A stretch of DNA of 48,598 bases from Patescibacteria group bacterium (GTDB lineage: Bacteria > Patescibacteriota > Minisyncoccia > Moranbacterales > UBA2206): positions 1 through 48,598 of the forward strand of contig JBBTUK010000008.1 of the NCBI GenBank assembly GCA_038063775.1, given 5' to 3'. Below the pieces are notes generated by a model that was not told the DNA's origin, did no database searches, and saw nothing but the letters and a program-made list of their open reading frames with translations. This document shows, piece after piece, positions 25,117 through 34,622 of this stretch (position 1 is the first letter of the stretch; each line of letters starts with the position of its first letter). The translations under genes and the position numbers were made by a program.

Positions 25117-26856
25117 ATGAGTCAAAAAAATAAAATAATCGTCCCCATCGCGGGAATGCATTGCCGCTCGTGTGAAATGCTTGTTGAAGACAAACTTTCG
25201 GAAATCCCGGAAGTGGAGCAGAGCATTGTCAGCTACAAAAAAGGGACGGCGGAAATTCATTATACGAAGCAAAAACCGAATACGGACGAGATTGAAGAAG
25301 CCATCCGGTCGGCTGGCTATGCCATCGGCGTTTCTTCAGTAAAAAAGCCATTTTTCAGCCGCAACGCCAGCGACTACAAGGATCTGGGAATCTCCCTGCT
25401 GTTTTTGCTGGGCATCTATATAGCCCTAAAAACCCTGGGAATAAACAACATCAAGATTGGCGGGGGATCCAGTCCGACGAGTTTGCCCGTGGTATTTTTG
25501 GTCGGTATAACCGCCGGACTTTCCACTTGCATGGCACTGGTTGGCGGGCTTATCTTGGGAATGTCTGCGCGCCATTCAGAAAAACATCCCGAAGCTACAC
25601 CACTGCAAAAATTTCGACCTCACCTGATTTTCAATTTAGGGCGCGTTTTGTCTTATGCTGTTTTGGGAGGTGTGTTGGGGTCGGCCGGAGCCATTTTCCG
25701 GTTTTCTGGAACAACCTTGGGAGTGATGACAATTCTTGTAGGCGCTGCTATGCTGATGCTGGGATTCAAACTGGTGGGAATTTTTCCCCGCTTGGATCAG
25801 GCCGGCCTTACATTGCCCAAAGGAATCAGCCGTATACTGGGGATAAAGCCCGCCAAAGGCGGACACGAAAAGGAATACAGCCACAGAGGGTCGTTCGCTA
25901 TGGGAGCATTGACCTTTTTTCTTCCGTGCGGATTTACCCAGGTCATGCAATTGTATGCGGTCAGCACCGGAAGCTTTTTACGCGGTGCTCTGATTATGGG
26001 CGTATTCGCCTTAGGCACCGTGCCAGGACTTTTGGGAATTGGAGGGCTTACTTCGGTTGTGCGCGGAATTTTTGCCAAACGCTTCTTCAAGTTCGCCGGA
26101 GTCGTAGTGATTTTTCTCTCTTTTGTAAACATTTCCAATGGCTATACTCTGATGGGGTGGCAATGGGGATCGGCCTTGAGTGCCGAGCAAGATAGCCCGT
26201 CCGAAACGCTCGATGCCAATGTTACTGTCGAAAACGGAGTACAGATAGTGCGAATGAATGAAGTTTCCCGCGGCTATTCTCCGAACAAGTTCACGATCAA
26301 AAAAGATATGCCGGTGCGCTGGATAATCAACGCGACCGATCCTTTTTCCTGCGCTGCGAGCATTATGATCCCAAGTCTTGATATCCGTAAAAATTTAAGG
26401 TCCGGAGAAAATATCATTGAATTTACGCCGCGCGATGCCGGAAGATTGGTTTTTTCCTGCGGAATGGGCATGTATGTCGGAGTGTTCAATGTAAAAGATA
26501 CTCCCGGACTCGATGGTTCTACTGCTGAAAAAGCTTCTCCTCCCGTCGATTCTTCTCCGGCTAACAGCGTACAAGTAATTAAAGCAGTCTTTACCTATTC
26601 CGAGACTACCAATGAAGACATAACGCCCAACGTCTTTAGGGTAAAAGCCGGAATGCCTGTGCGATTTGAAGTGGATGCGCGAGACGATGGACAAGGGTGC
26701 ATGAGCACGATTATGGTTCCAGGTCTCTATAATACTCCGCAAATTCTGGATAAAGGAAGCAAGATTGTGATGGAATTCACTCCCAGGAAACCCGGCTCAT
26801 ACAATATTACCTGTGCCATGGGATTGCCACGAGGCGTGATTACTGTTACAAGATAG
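25117..26856 (+). CDS. Fusion protein: HMA metal-binding domain, multi-pass permease (TauE/SafE or DsbD_2-like), and two tandem cupredoxin-like domains
   Basis: N-terminal IAGMHCRSCE. About 8 hydrophobic helices with FFLPCGFTQ. Two C-terminal repeats end in EFTPRDAGRLVFSCGMGMYVGVFNV and EFTPRKPGSYNITCAMGLPRGVITV. Confidence 0.7.
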   Translation: MSQKNKIIVPIAGMHCRSCEMLVEDKLSEIPEVEQSIVSYKKGTAEIHYTKQKPNTDEIEEAIRSAGYAIGVSSVKKPFFSRNASDYKDLGISLLFLLGIYIALKTLGINNIKIGGGSSPTSLPVVFLVGITAGLSTCMALVGGLILGMSARHSEKHPEATPLQKFRPHLIFNLGRVLSYAVLGGVLGSAGAIFRFSGTTLGVMTILVGAAMLMLGFKLVGIFPRLDQAGLTLPKGISRILGIKPAKGGHEKEYSHRGSFAMGALTFFLPCGFTQVMQLYAVSTGSFLRGALIMGVFALGTVPGLLGIGGLTSVVRGIFAKRFFKFAGVVVIFLSFVNISNGYTLMGWQWGSALSAEQDSPSETLDANVTVENGVQIVRMNEVSRGYSPNKFTIKKDMPVRWIINATDPFSCAASIMIPSLDIRKNLRSGENIIEFTPRDAGRLVFSCGMGMYVGVFNVKDTPGLDGSTAEKASPPVDSSPANSVQVIKAVFTYSETTNEDITPNVFRVKAGMPVRFEVDARDDGQGCMSTIMVPGLYNTPQILDKGSKIVMEFTPRKPGSYNITCAMGLPRGVITVTR

Positions 26857-26896
26857 CGAAGCAACAATAAGTTATTAATTATTAAAAAGTTCAATT

Positions 26897-26911
26897 TTAG
26901 GAAATTCCTAA
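26897..26911. promoter_or_regulatory. Perfect 15-bp palindrome TTAGGAAATTCCTAA upstream of copZ-copA (candidate operator)
   Basis: Read directly from the sequence, 21 nt upstream of the copZ ATG. Confidence 0.4.
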
Positions 26912-26931
26912 GGCGGAACTTTAAAAAACAT

Positions 26932-27141
26932 ATGAACGAATTAAGATTCAAGCTAGAAGGCCTGCACTGTCAGTCCTGCGTCAAAATATCCCAGATGAAT
27001 ATCGGGGATATCTCTGGCGTAAAAAATGTTGAAATTGATTTAACTACAGGTGACGGTAGATTGGAAGCTGAGAGAGAGGTAAGGTTTGATGAAGTTGTAG
27101 AAGCCCTTAAAAATACCAATTACACTGTCACAAAAGAATAA
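26932..27141 (+). CDS. copZ: CopZ-like HMA-domain metallochaperone
   Basis: 69 aa with the LEGLHCQSC metal-binding loop and a ferredoxin-like HMA pattern. Confidence 0.8.
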   Translation: MNELRFKLEGLHCQSCVKISQMNIGDISGVKNVEIDLTTGDGRLEAEREVRFDEVVEALKNTNYTVTKE

Positions 27142-27144
27142 TTA

Positions 27145-29544
27145 ATGAATAGCGCAAAGAAAAATAAAAACGAGCGGGTAAATCTTTCTATTTTCGGAAT
27201 GCACTGCGCATCCTGCGCTTCTCTTATTGAGCGCTCGCTCAAAAAAACACCGGGTGTAACCCAGGCCAATGTTAATTTTGCCGCGGAAAAAGCGTCGGTC
27301 GTTTTTGATGCGCGGGTGTCGAACATAAAAGCTTTAGTCAACGCAGTAACCGAAGCTGGATATCGGGCGGAAACAGTGGATGCAAAAGATATGGAATATG
27401 AAGCGAAAAAGCGGGAAAAAGAAATTTCCGATTATTTTAACAAATTCATATTCAGTTTCTTCTTAAGTCTGCCAATGCTGTATTTTATGCTTTTTGAATT
27501 TTTTAAAGGCATTCCAGGATCCATTCGTTGGGCTCCATATATTGGAGTTTTCTCGCTACTACTGACTATTCCGGTACAATTTATTATCGGCGCGGGATTT
27601 TATAGGGGCGGGTGGTCAGCGCTCAAAATGAAGACATTCAATATGGATAGCCTGATCGCTATCGGAACTTCTACCGCTTTTTTCTACAGTTTGATCAACC
27701 TCACTGCTTATGCAGTGAAAAATAATTCCCTCATCGGGCTTGGAGGAGAAAAAATTCCCGACTTGTATTTTGAAACGGCGGCCTTCCTCATAACTTTCGT
27801 AATTCTGGGAAAATGGCTGGAAATCAGAACCAAGGGAAAAACTTCCGATGCCATCAAAAAACTAATGGGACTCCAAGCCAAGACGGCGCGGGTGATACGC
27901 TTGGGAGCCACAGATGATATTCCCATTGATGAAGTGATCCACGGAGACATCGTCATTGTTCGTCCAGGAGAGAAAATTCCGGTGGACGGAAAAATCATCA
28001 AAGGCTCATCCGCGGTGGACGAATCCATGATCACTGGAGAAAGTTTGCCGGTGGAAAAACAGGTCGGGGACATGGTAGTCGGCGGAACGGTCAATAAAAC
28101 CGGTAGCTTTGAGTTTGAAGCGACGCGCGTCGGATCTGAAACTGCCTTGGCGCAAATCATAAGGCTGATTGAGGAAGCCCAAGGCTCCAAAGCGCCTATC
28201 CAGAATTTCGCCGATAAAATTTCCGCTTGGTTCGTGCCGGCCGTTATCGGCATCGCGGCTCTGACTTTTGTAATATGGTTCTTGGTGCTGGGCGAAAGCC
28301 TTACGTTTTCCCTTATGGCTTTTACGGCGGTCATCGTGATTGCTTGTCCTTGCGCTCTGGGATTGGCTACCCCCACTTCGCTTATGGTTGGAACCGGCAA
28401 GGGAGCTGAATACGGAATATTGATCAAGGGCGGGGAACCGCTGGAAGCGGCCTGTTACATAAACACGGTAATTTTTGATAAAACCGGAACTCTGACCCAC
28501 GGAAAGCCCAAGGTTACAGATGTGGTGGAATTCGGCGCGACAAACAAGGTTGAAATTTTGGCGATAGCCTCGAGCCTCGAAAAACTTTCTGAACATCCGC
28601 TGGCTGAAGCTATCTACACTTATGCCCAGGAGCAATCCGTAGTTTTCAAAGAGGTGCGTGATTTCAAGGCTGTACCCGGACATGGCGTGCAGGGGCGTCT
28701 TGGCGAGGTTGAATATTTTTTGGGAAACCGTAAACTAATCACCAATGTTTTAGGAATGTCCGTGGACAAAATTGATTCCGAAATAACCCGGCTGGAAGAG
28801 CAGGGGAAAACAGCTATGATTCTGGCAACAAAGACAGGTATTCTGGGCGCGGTAGCAGTGGCGGATACGGTCAAAGAGACTTCCCGCGAGGCGGTTGAAA
28901 AATTAAAGCGCCGGGGAATCGAAGTTTATATGATTACCGGTGATAACGCGCGAACCGCCAATGCGATTGCCAAGCAAGTCGGCATTGAGAATGTTTTGGC
29001 GGAAGTTTTGCCGGAAGACAAAGCCAATGAAGTAAAAAAGCTTCAGGATCTTGGTAAAAAAGTAGCGATGGTCGGGGACGGGATCAATGATGCTCCCGCT
29101 TTGGCGCAATCGGACTTGGGAATCGCCATGGGCTCCGGAACGGACGTAGCGATGGAAGCGGGGGATATCGTCATTATTAAGGATGATCTGCGGGACGTGG
29201 TGACGGCCTTTCAATTATCCAAAGAAACAATGGCGAAAATAAAGCAGAATATGTTTTTTGCCTTGTTTTATAACATTATCGGAATTCCCATTGCGGCGAG
29301 AATTTTCATGGGTCTTGGGCTGGTTCTCAAGCCGGAATTGGCGGGTTTGGCTATGGCTTTGAGCTCCATATCAGTGGTAAGCAATTCTTTGCTGCTGCGC
29401 CTATTCCGGCCTAATCGGAAAAACTATGTTTCCATGATCGCTCCGGCAGTAATGGTGATAATTTTTACTTTTATGTTTTTCGAATTTGCGCGCTTCAGTT
29501 CTGGAATGGAAAAAAATGAATCTAATCTTGTTTCCCCCCGGTAA
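27145..29544 (+). CDS. copA: Copper(I)-translocating P1B-type ATPase
   Basis: [44 protein letters not shown] and MALSS transmembrane signatures. Confidence 0.92.
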   Translation: MNSAKKNKNERVNLSIFGMHCASCASLIERSLKKTPGVTQANVNFAAEKASVVFDARVSNIKALVNAVTEAGYRAETVDAKDMEYEAKKREKEISDYFNKFIFSFFLSLPMLYFMLFEFFKGIPGSIRWAPYIGVFSLLLTIPVQFIIGAGFYRGGWSALKMKTFNMDSLIAIGTSTAFFYSLINLTAYAVKNNSLIGLGGEKIPDLYFETAAFLITFVILGKWLEIRTKGKTSDAIKKLMGLQAKTARVIRLGATDDIPIDEVIHGDIVIVRPGEKIPVDGKIIKGSSAVDESMITGESLPVEKQVGDMVVGGTVNKTGSFEFEATRVGSETALAQIIRLIEEAQGSKAPIQNFADKISAWFVPAVIGIAALTFVIWFLVLGESLTFSLMAFTAVIVIACPCALGLATPTSLMVGTGKGAEYGILIKGGEPLEAACYINTVIFDKTGTLTHGKPKVTDVVEFGATNKVEILAIASSLEKLSEHPLAEAIYTYAQEQSVVFKEVRDFKAVPGHGVQGRLGEVEYFLGNRKLITNVLGMSVDKIDSEITRLEEQGKTAMILATKTGILGAVAVADTVKETSREAVEKLKRRGIEVYMITGDNARTANAIAKQVGIENVLAEVLPEDKANEVKKLQDLGKKVAMVGDGINDAPALAQSDLGIAMGSGTDVAMEAGDIVIIKDDLRDVVTAFQLSKETMAKIKQNMFFALFYNIIGIPIAARIFMGLGLVLKPELAGLAMALSSISVVSNSLLLRLFRPNRKNYVSMIAPAVMVIIFTFMFFEFARFSSGMEKNESNLVSPR

Positions 29545-29589
29545 TTATCAGGTTAAATAAGTATTAATTTAATTCAAATACATAGATCT

Positions 29590-30591
29590 ATGGAAAAAAG
29601 CGAACAAGAGGCAGAGCTAGAGCCAAAAGAAATAACCGAGCCAATAGAAAAAAAGAGAGACTCGAACAACCAAGCCATAGTCGCTATGTTGGTGATTCTT
29701 ATCGCCGTAGTGGGAACTTGGAAGTACTTGGGAAAGGGGAGCATTGTTCAAAGGCTCAAGGAAAAATATTTTACCGAGGGTAACAAGAAAAGTTTAGCCA
29801 GTAGCAGTGAGACAGCGAGTGAGGACACATCTTCGCTGGTGAAAGAAGTTTTGCCGGCTGAAGGAGTAGTTTTGCCGGTAACTTGGAACGATCTTGGAAA
29901 GCAGCTGGTGGACAAGGGAGTGATTGACGCGCAGAAATTTGAAGCAATCTACGCAAAAAGAGGCGGGTTAAGCGAAAGCGATAAGAAATTGCTTAACGGA
30001 ACAGACAACGATAAAATAAAAATTACCCAAGAGAATGCCGGAACGCTGCTTAACTTGCTTTGGGCCTTCGGCCTTGGGAATAAAAATACCATTTTAGAAA
30101 AAGGCCCCATGACTGATCCGCAATATGGAGGCGCCGGAAAGTTTGCTTCGACGGGTGGCTGGACAATAGCCACGGGCAATGCCATGGATCATTACAGCAA
30201 GCATAAATTCGTGACGCTGACTTCCGATCAGCAAGCTATGGTTGAAAGGGTGAGCAAAGGAATCTTTCGCCCTTGCTGCGGAAATTCCACTTATTTTCCC
30301 GATTGCAATCATGGTATGGCCATGCTCGGACTTCTGGAAATTATGGCTAGTCAAGGCGTATCGGAAGCGAACATGTACAAAGCGGCTCTGGCGGTTAATT
30401 CCTACTGGTTTCCGGACACCTACCTAACTTTGGCTAGTTATTTCGAGAAGCAGAAGAATATTGTTTGGGACAAGGTCGACCCCAAAGAAGTTCTAGGCGC
30501 GAATTATTCCAGCTCTTCCGGGTACAGAAATATTCTGCAAAGCGTTGATCCTGTGTCGCTTCAGCAAAAGGGCGGCAGTTGCGGAGTGTAA
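29590..30591 (+). CDS. Uncharacterised membrane-anchored protein with PCCGNSTYFPDCNHG motif and C-terminal GGSCGV
   Basis: One N-terminal TM helix (AIVAMLVILIAVVGTW), a Ser-rich linker and a ~250-aa domain with four clustered Cys. No family recognised. Confidence 0.6.
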   Translation: MEKSEQEAELEPKEITEPIEKKRDSNNQAIVAMLVILIAVVGTWKYLGKGSIVQRLKEKYFTEGNKKSLASSSETASEDTSSLVKEVLPAEGVVLPVTWNDLGKQLVDKGVIDAQKFEAIYAKRGGLSESDKKLLNGTDNDKIKITQENAGTLLNLLWAFGLGNKNTILEKGPMTDPQYGGAGKFASTGGWTIATGNAMDHYSKHKFVTLTSDQQAMVERVSKGIFRPCCGNSTYFPDCNHGMAMLGLLEIMASQGVSEANMYKAALAVNSYWFPDTYLTLASYFEKQKNIVWDKVDPKEVLGANYSSSSGYRNILQSVDPVSLQQKGGSCGV

Positions 30592-30609
30592 GCATTAATT
30601 GAAATCATC

Positions 30610-31482
30610 ATGGACGTATTAATTGTCGCTTCACTCATAACCGCTTTTATCGCCGGCATGGCGGCGCTTTTCGCGCCGTGCTGCATCTCGGTTCTGTTGC
30701 CTTCATATCTCGGCTCTATTTTTCGGGAAAAATACAAGGTGGTGATAATGACCGCTATATTTTTTCTGGGGATACTAACGGTATTTTTACCGATCGGGCT
30801 GGGATTTTCCGCTCTGGCGCAATTCTTTAAGCAATATCACAATGTTGTTTTTCTGCTGGGCGGAGGATTTTTATTAGCGTTAGGAATAATAATCCTGACT
30901 AAAAACACTTTTTCCCTGCCATGGTCTTTTCATCCGACGCTCCAAAAGCACAACGCTGGATCAATCTATGTTTTGGGCATTTTTTCCGGCGTGGCAACGA
31001 CTTGTTGCGCGCCGGTGCTGGCTGGAGTTATGGCGCTGGCTGTTCTTCCGGGATCGATTTTTTGGGGAGCTATTTATACCCTCATGTATGTTCTGGGCAT
31101 GGTAGCCCCGCTATTTCTAATCGCTTTATTTTTAGACAAAACTAACATTACGAAAAAAATGATGACTTTCCGTAAATCAGTAAATTTCAATTTCGGAAAA
31201 AAAATCATTAGCCTCACAGTCTCGGAAATTGTTTCCGGACTGATGTTTCTTGTGATGGGTCTGGTGATAATTTATTACGCTTTCATGAATAGATTAACAG
31301 TCCATGCTGATTACCAAGTCACCATCAATATTTACTTTGCGAAATTGCAAAAAGCCATAATGTCTGTCCTCGCTCCTGTGCCATCATTTGTCTGGGCGAT
31401 TTTGCTTGCAATTTTATTTTTCTATATCGCCAAGATAATCATTAAGCTAATTAATTATTTTAAAAAATATGAAAAAAAATAA
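30610..31482 (+). CDS. CcdA/DsbD-core-like thiol:disulfide electron-transfer membrane protein
   Basis: Polytopic. FAPCCISVLLP sits in the first helix and TTCCAPVLAG in a later helix, at the positions where CcdA carries its two redox Cys. Confidence 0.65.
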   Translation: MDVLIVASLITAFIAGMAALFAPCCISVLLPSYLGSIFREKYKVVIMTAIFFLGILTVFLPIGLGFSALAQFFKQYHNVVFLLGGGFLLALGIIILTKNTFSLPWSFHPTLQKHNAGSIYVLGIFSGVATTCCAPVLAGVMALAVLPGSIFWGAIYTLMYVLGMVAPLFLIALFLDKTNITKKMMTFRKSVNFNFGKKIISLTVSEIVSGLMFLVMGLVIIYYAFMNRLTVHADYQVTINIYFAKLQKAIMSVLAPVPSFVWAILLAILFFYIAKIIIKLINYFKKYEKK

Positions 31483-32107
31483 TTACAAAGGAAATGTGAG
31501 CGTTCCAACGGTAATTATAATCGTGCTCCTGACGATCATAATTGTCGGCTTTGCCATGGAAAAATTTGGCAAGCCAAGCGAAGGAGGAGCAAGTCCTGGC
31601 GATGGTGCCAAAACCGGAAACACCGCGGGTGACTCTTCTAAATCTTTAGTGGGTAAGTCTGCGCCAACCTTTTCGCTGGCCGACCGTGATGGCAATGTGT
31701 ATACCAACGATAGTCTAAAAGGCAAAAGAGTGGTGCTTTTTTTCAATGAGGGTTTGATGTGCTATCCGGCCTGCTGGAACCAGATGATGGAATTTCCCAA
31801 AGACAAGCGGTTTGATCAAAGCGACGTGGCGGTTTTTTCAGTCGTAACGGATACTAAAGAAGCCTGGCAAAAAGCCATCGAAAAACTGCCGGAAATGGGA
31901 ACAGTCAAGGCTTTGTATGACACTAGCGGAATCGTATCCAAGGATTTTCAAATGATGAGCGTACCTTCTTCTATGCACGCCGGTTCAATGGCGGGCCACA
32001 CCTATGTCGTTATGGATAAAGACGGTGTTGTGCGCTATGTACTGGATGATCCAAAAATGGCCATAAACAACGGAACTATTTATTCGGAGATTGAAAAGCT
32101 CAAGTAA
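31469..32107 (+). CDS. Membrane-anchored thioredoxin-fold protein (TlpA/ResA/AhpC-TSA-like)
   Basis: N-terminal TM helix. GKSAPTFSLADRDG...KGKRVVLFF...CYPAC (CxxC). Confidence 0.7.
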   Translation: MKKNNYKGNVSVPTVIIIVLLTIIIVGFAMEKFGKPSEGGASPGDGAKTGNTAGDSSKSLVGKSAPTFSLADRDGNVYTNDSLKGKRVVLFFNEGLMCYPACWNQMMEFPKDKRFDQSDVAVFSVVTDTKEAWQKAIEKLPEMGTVKALYDTSGIVSKDFQMMSVPSSMHAGSMAGHTYVVMDKDGVVRYVLDDPKMAINNGTIYSEIEKLK

Positions 32108-32161
32108 TATTTTCGCGACATGGCTGTATTAGTTGTATGCTAACACAATAAATTAACAAAT

Positions 32162-32431
32162 ATGATGTATAATTGGGGAAATATGATGGGCGGGGGCTAT
32201 GGATCTGGTTTTGGCTTGTTTGGGATGCTTTTCGGATGGTTTTTCACGATCTTGTTTGTGGGGTTGTTTATCTGGGGAATCATCACCCTTGTTAGGTGGA
32301 TGTCAGAACAAGGGTCAGGAAAGGATGCGAAGAAAGAGAACTCGGCGATTGCGATTCTCAAAGAACGCTACGCCAAAGGTGAGATTTCCAAGGAAGAGTT
32401 TGAAGAAAAGAAAAAAGACATTGTCTTATGA
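32162..32431 (+). CDS. Small membrane protein with C-terminal SHOCT domain
   Basis: Gly/Met-rich N-terminus, one TM helix, then ILKERYAKGEISKEEFEEKKKDI. Confidence 0.75.
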   Translation: MMYNWGNMMGGGYGSGFGLFGMLFGWFFTILFVGLFIWGIITLVRWMSEQGSGKDAKKENSAIAILKERYAKGEISKEEFEEKKKDIVL

Positions 32432-32471
32432 TTAGCAAAAGCAAATAAGCAGATTATTTTAATCAAAATTT

Positions 32472-32855
32472 ATGGAATTCGATTACACCACAGCCACAGC
32501 TAAGATCTTTGATTCGGCGGTCCAAGACGTGCAGGATGAAATCGCCAAAGCCGGCATGCGCGTTTTGTATGTTCACGATGTGCAGAAAACTTTAGGCGAG
32601 AAAGGATTTGAAAGAGAACCTTTTAAGATTATTGAATTTTGCAGCGCAAAATTTGCCAGTGATTTTTTGGATATTGACATCAAGATCGGACTTTGTCTGC
32701 CTTGCAAGATAAATGTGTATGCAAAAAGCGGGCAAACTTTCATTTCCGGCATGCGGCCGATCATCCTGCCGCATTTTTTCCCGCAAGCGGATTTGGGCGA
32801 GAAGCCGAAAGAAATTGACCAAATCATCCAAAACATTATTAATAACGCAAAATAA
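32472..32855 (+). CDS. DUF302-family protein
   Basis: ~127 aa. The pattern ...FKIIEFCSAKFA...GLCLPCKINVY...G.T.IS..RP matches my recollection of the DUF302 consensus. Confidence 0.6.
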   Translation: MEFDYTTATAKIFDSAVQDVQDEIAKAGMRVLYVHDVQKTLGEKGFEREPFKIIEFCSAKFASDFLDIDIKIGLCLPCKINVYAKSGQTFISGMRPIILPHFFPQADLGEKPKEIDQIIQNIINNAK

Positions 32856-32865
32856 CCTATAGCCT

Positions 32866-33603
32866 ATGAAAAAGTTACTTTTTATCACAACTATTTTTAT
32901 TTTAGGTCTTACTTTTCCGACTTTTTCTTTTGCTCAAGGAATGATGGGTTTTCCGAGCTTATCTCTCAATGACGCTGCTATACAAAGCCAGCAACAAGAG
33001 GAACAAGAAGGCAAGAAGCTTCTTGACGACTTAAGCAACAAAACAGCTGATTGTTCCCAACTCAAAGATACAGACTTTGAGAAAATTGGTGAATATTTTA
33101 TGGGTCAATCCATTGGAGATACCTCCAGGCACATCCTCATGAATGAAATGATGAAAAGAATGATGGGTGAGAAAGGCGAAGAGCAAATGCACGCAGTCAT
33201 GGGCAAGCGGTTGAGCGGTTGCGACACTTCAGCCGCGTTTCCATCGCAGGATGTTGGCTTTATGCCAATGATGAATATGTTTGCCCAATATGGAGCCCCA
33301 GGTTCTCGTACGGGGATGATGGGAGGATGGTCGTCTCCCCTTGGGTCTAATCAGACAAATAATTCTATGATGAATTTTGGACTTTCATCTCTTGGCGGAT
33401 TTGGCTGGATTTTCATGATTCTTTGGTGGATTTTGATCATCGTAGGGGTCATCATGCTTATCAAACGGCTCACAGCGCAATCTCACGGCTCAAATAACCT
33501 GCATGATAAAAAAAAGTCCCCGCTTGAAATTCTGAAAGAACGCTACGCCAAAGGCGAGATTGATAAAAAAGAATTCGAGGAGAGAAAGAAAGATTTAATT
33601 TAA
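32866..33603 (+). CDS. Secreted or membrane Met-rich protein with C-terminal SHOCT domain
   Basis: Signal peptide and multiple M-x-M / MMG runs (MNEMMKRMMGEKGEEQMHAVMG, FMPMMNMF, GMMGGW). A TM helix, then ILKERYAKGEIDKKEFEERKKDLI. Confidence 0.7.
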   Translation: MKKLLFITTIFILGLTFPTFSFAQGMMGFPSLSLNDAAIQSQQQEEQEGKKLLDDLSNKTADCSQLKDTDFEKIGEYFMGQSIGDTSRHILMNEMMKRMMGEKGEEQMHAVMGKRLSGCDTSAAFPSQDVGFMPMMNMFAQYGAPGSRTGMMGGWSSPLGSNQTNNSMMNFGLSSLGGFGWIFMILWWILIIVGVIMLIKRLTAQSHGSNNLHDKKKSPLEILKERYAKGEIDKKEFEERKKDLI

Positions 33604-33605
33604 AG

Positions 33606-34052
33606 GTGAAAATTTTTTCCATCATAATCAGGTCGTTTCTATATGGACTTTTGGCAGTTTTTCTGATGCTGCTGTTTTATTTTTCCTTGATTTCTCTGAT
33701 TTCCGGATGGGGATTTGCCCAGTCGCAATTCAGGGAATTTTGGTATTTCGTCATCGCTCTATCGGTTGGATTTGGAATTCAGATCGGACTTTATACTTAT
33801 CTCAAAAATTCAATCCATAAAGTTTCCGGAAAAGTCGTGGCGGTTTCGGGAGGAACTTCCACTTTCGCGATGGTTTCCTGCTGCGCGCACTATTTGGCCA
33901 ATGTGCTACCCGTTTTGGGAGTAACGGGCGTTTTGACGGTGATCGGCCAATATCAAACGCAACTTTTTTGGGTTGGGATAGTTTCTAATTTATTGGGGAT
34001 CACCTATGTAACATCTAAAGTAATTAAGTATAAAAAGTATGCCAAAAGTTAA
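33606..34052 (+). CDS. Four-helix membrane protein with an intramembrane vicinal Cys pair (AMVSCCAHYL)
   Basis: GTG start. Hydrophobic profile read by eye. No family recognised. Confidence 0.55.
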   Translation: MKIFSIIIRSFLYGLLAVFLMLLFYFSLISLISGWGFAQSQFREFWYFVIALSVGFGIQIGLYTYLKNSIHKVSGKVVAVSGGTSTFAMVSCCAHYLANVLPVLGVTGVLTVIGQYQTQLFWVGIVSNLLGITYVTSKVIKYKKYAKS

Positions 34053-34515
34053 AATTGCAATCATTGCCGTATTGGCGGCAATTGTTATTATTCAAGCTGC
34101 GAATTACATAAAAAATTATTCCAGGAAGACAAATTCAACCGGATCAAATAAATCAGTTCCACAATCCGAAAACCAAAACCCATCTTCTGGACTTGAAGCG
34201 CAAACCAACGGCGAAGGGCCGGTTTCCGTCCAAGTCACTCCTGCGGATCTGGCTCAAGACAAATGGAAATTTGAAATCGTTTTAAATACTCATTCCGTTG
34301 AACTGGATTACGACCTGACCCAACTCGTGGTCCTGGTTGATTCTTCCGGCAATCAATACAAACCGGCGGCTTGGGAAGGGGATCCTCCAGGCGGCCATCA
34401 TCGGGAAGGAGTCTTGATTTTTGAAGCGCCCAATCCTAAACCGTTATCTATAATTCTCCAAATAAATAATATCGGAAGCATTGAAAGAAGAGCTTTTTTT
34501 TGGAATATAAAATAA
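34039..34515 (+). CDS. Membrane-anchored extracytoplasmic protein with a GDPPGGHHREG motif
   Basis: N-terminal TM helix, low-complexity linker and a ~90-aa beta-rich domain. Overlaps the previous gene by 14 nt. Confidence 0.55.
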   Translation: MPKVKIAIIAVLAAIVIIQAANYIKNYSRKTNSTGSNKSVPQSENQNPSSGLEAQTNGEGPVSVQVTPADLAQDKWKFEIVLNTHSVELDYDLTQLVVLVDSSGNQYKPAAWEGDPPGGHHREGVLIFEAPNPKPLSIILQINNIGSIERRAFFWNIK

Positions 34516-34566
34516 AAAAGCTTATTTTTTAGCTTGTGGCCCAATCGAAAGAACTGAATTAAAAAA

Positions 34567-34595
34567 ATGACTTATTTTGCCAACCGGACTATAAT
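34567..34595 (+). promoter_or_regulatory. Sigma70-like promoter (ATGACT-N17-TATAAT) for the second ATPase
   Basis: ATGACT at 34567-34572 and TATAAT at 34590-34595. Confidence 0.45.
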
Positions 34596-34622
34596 AATAG
34601 CAAAAGCAATTTAAATAAAAAT

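Noticed and set aside
25527-28683. Alternative-frame and antisense ORFs (up to 239 aa) inside the HMA-permease fusion gene and copA
   Set aside because: They lie wholly inside well-supported genes with clear P-type ATPase, HMA or permease motifs. Their Arg/Ser/Gly-rich composition is typical of off-frame translation of GC-richer DNA.
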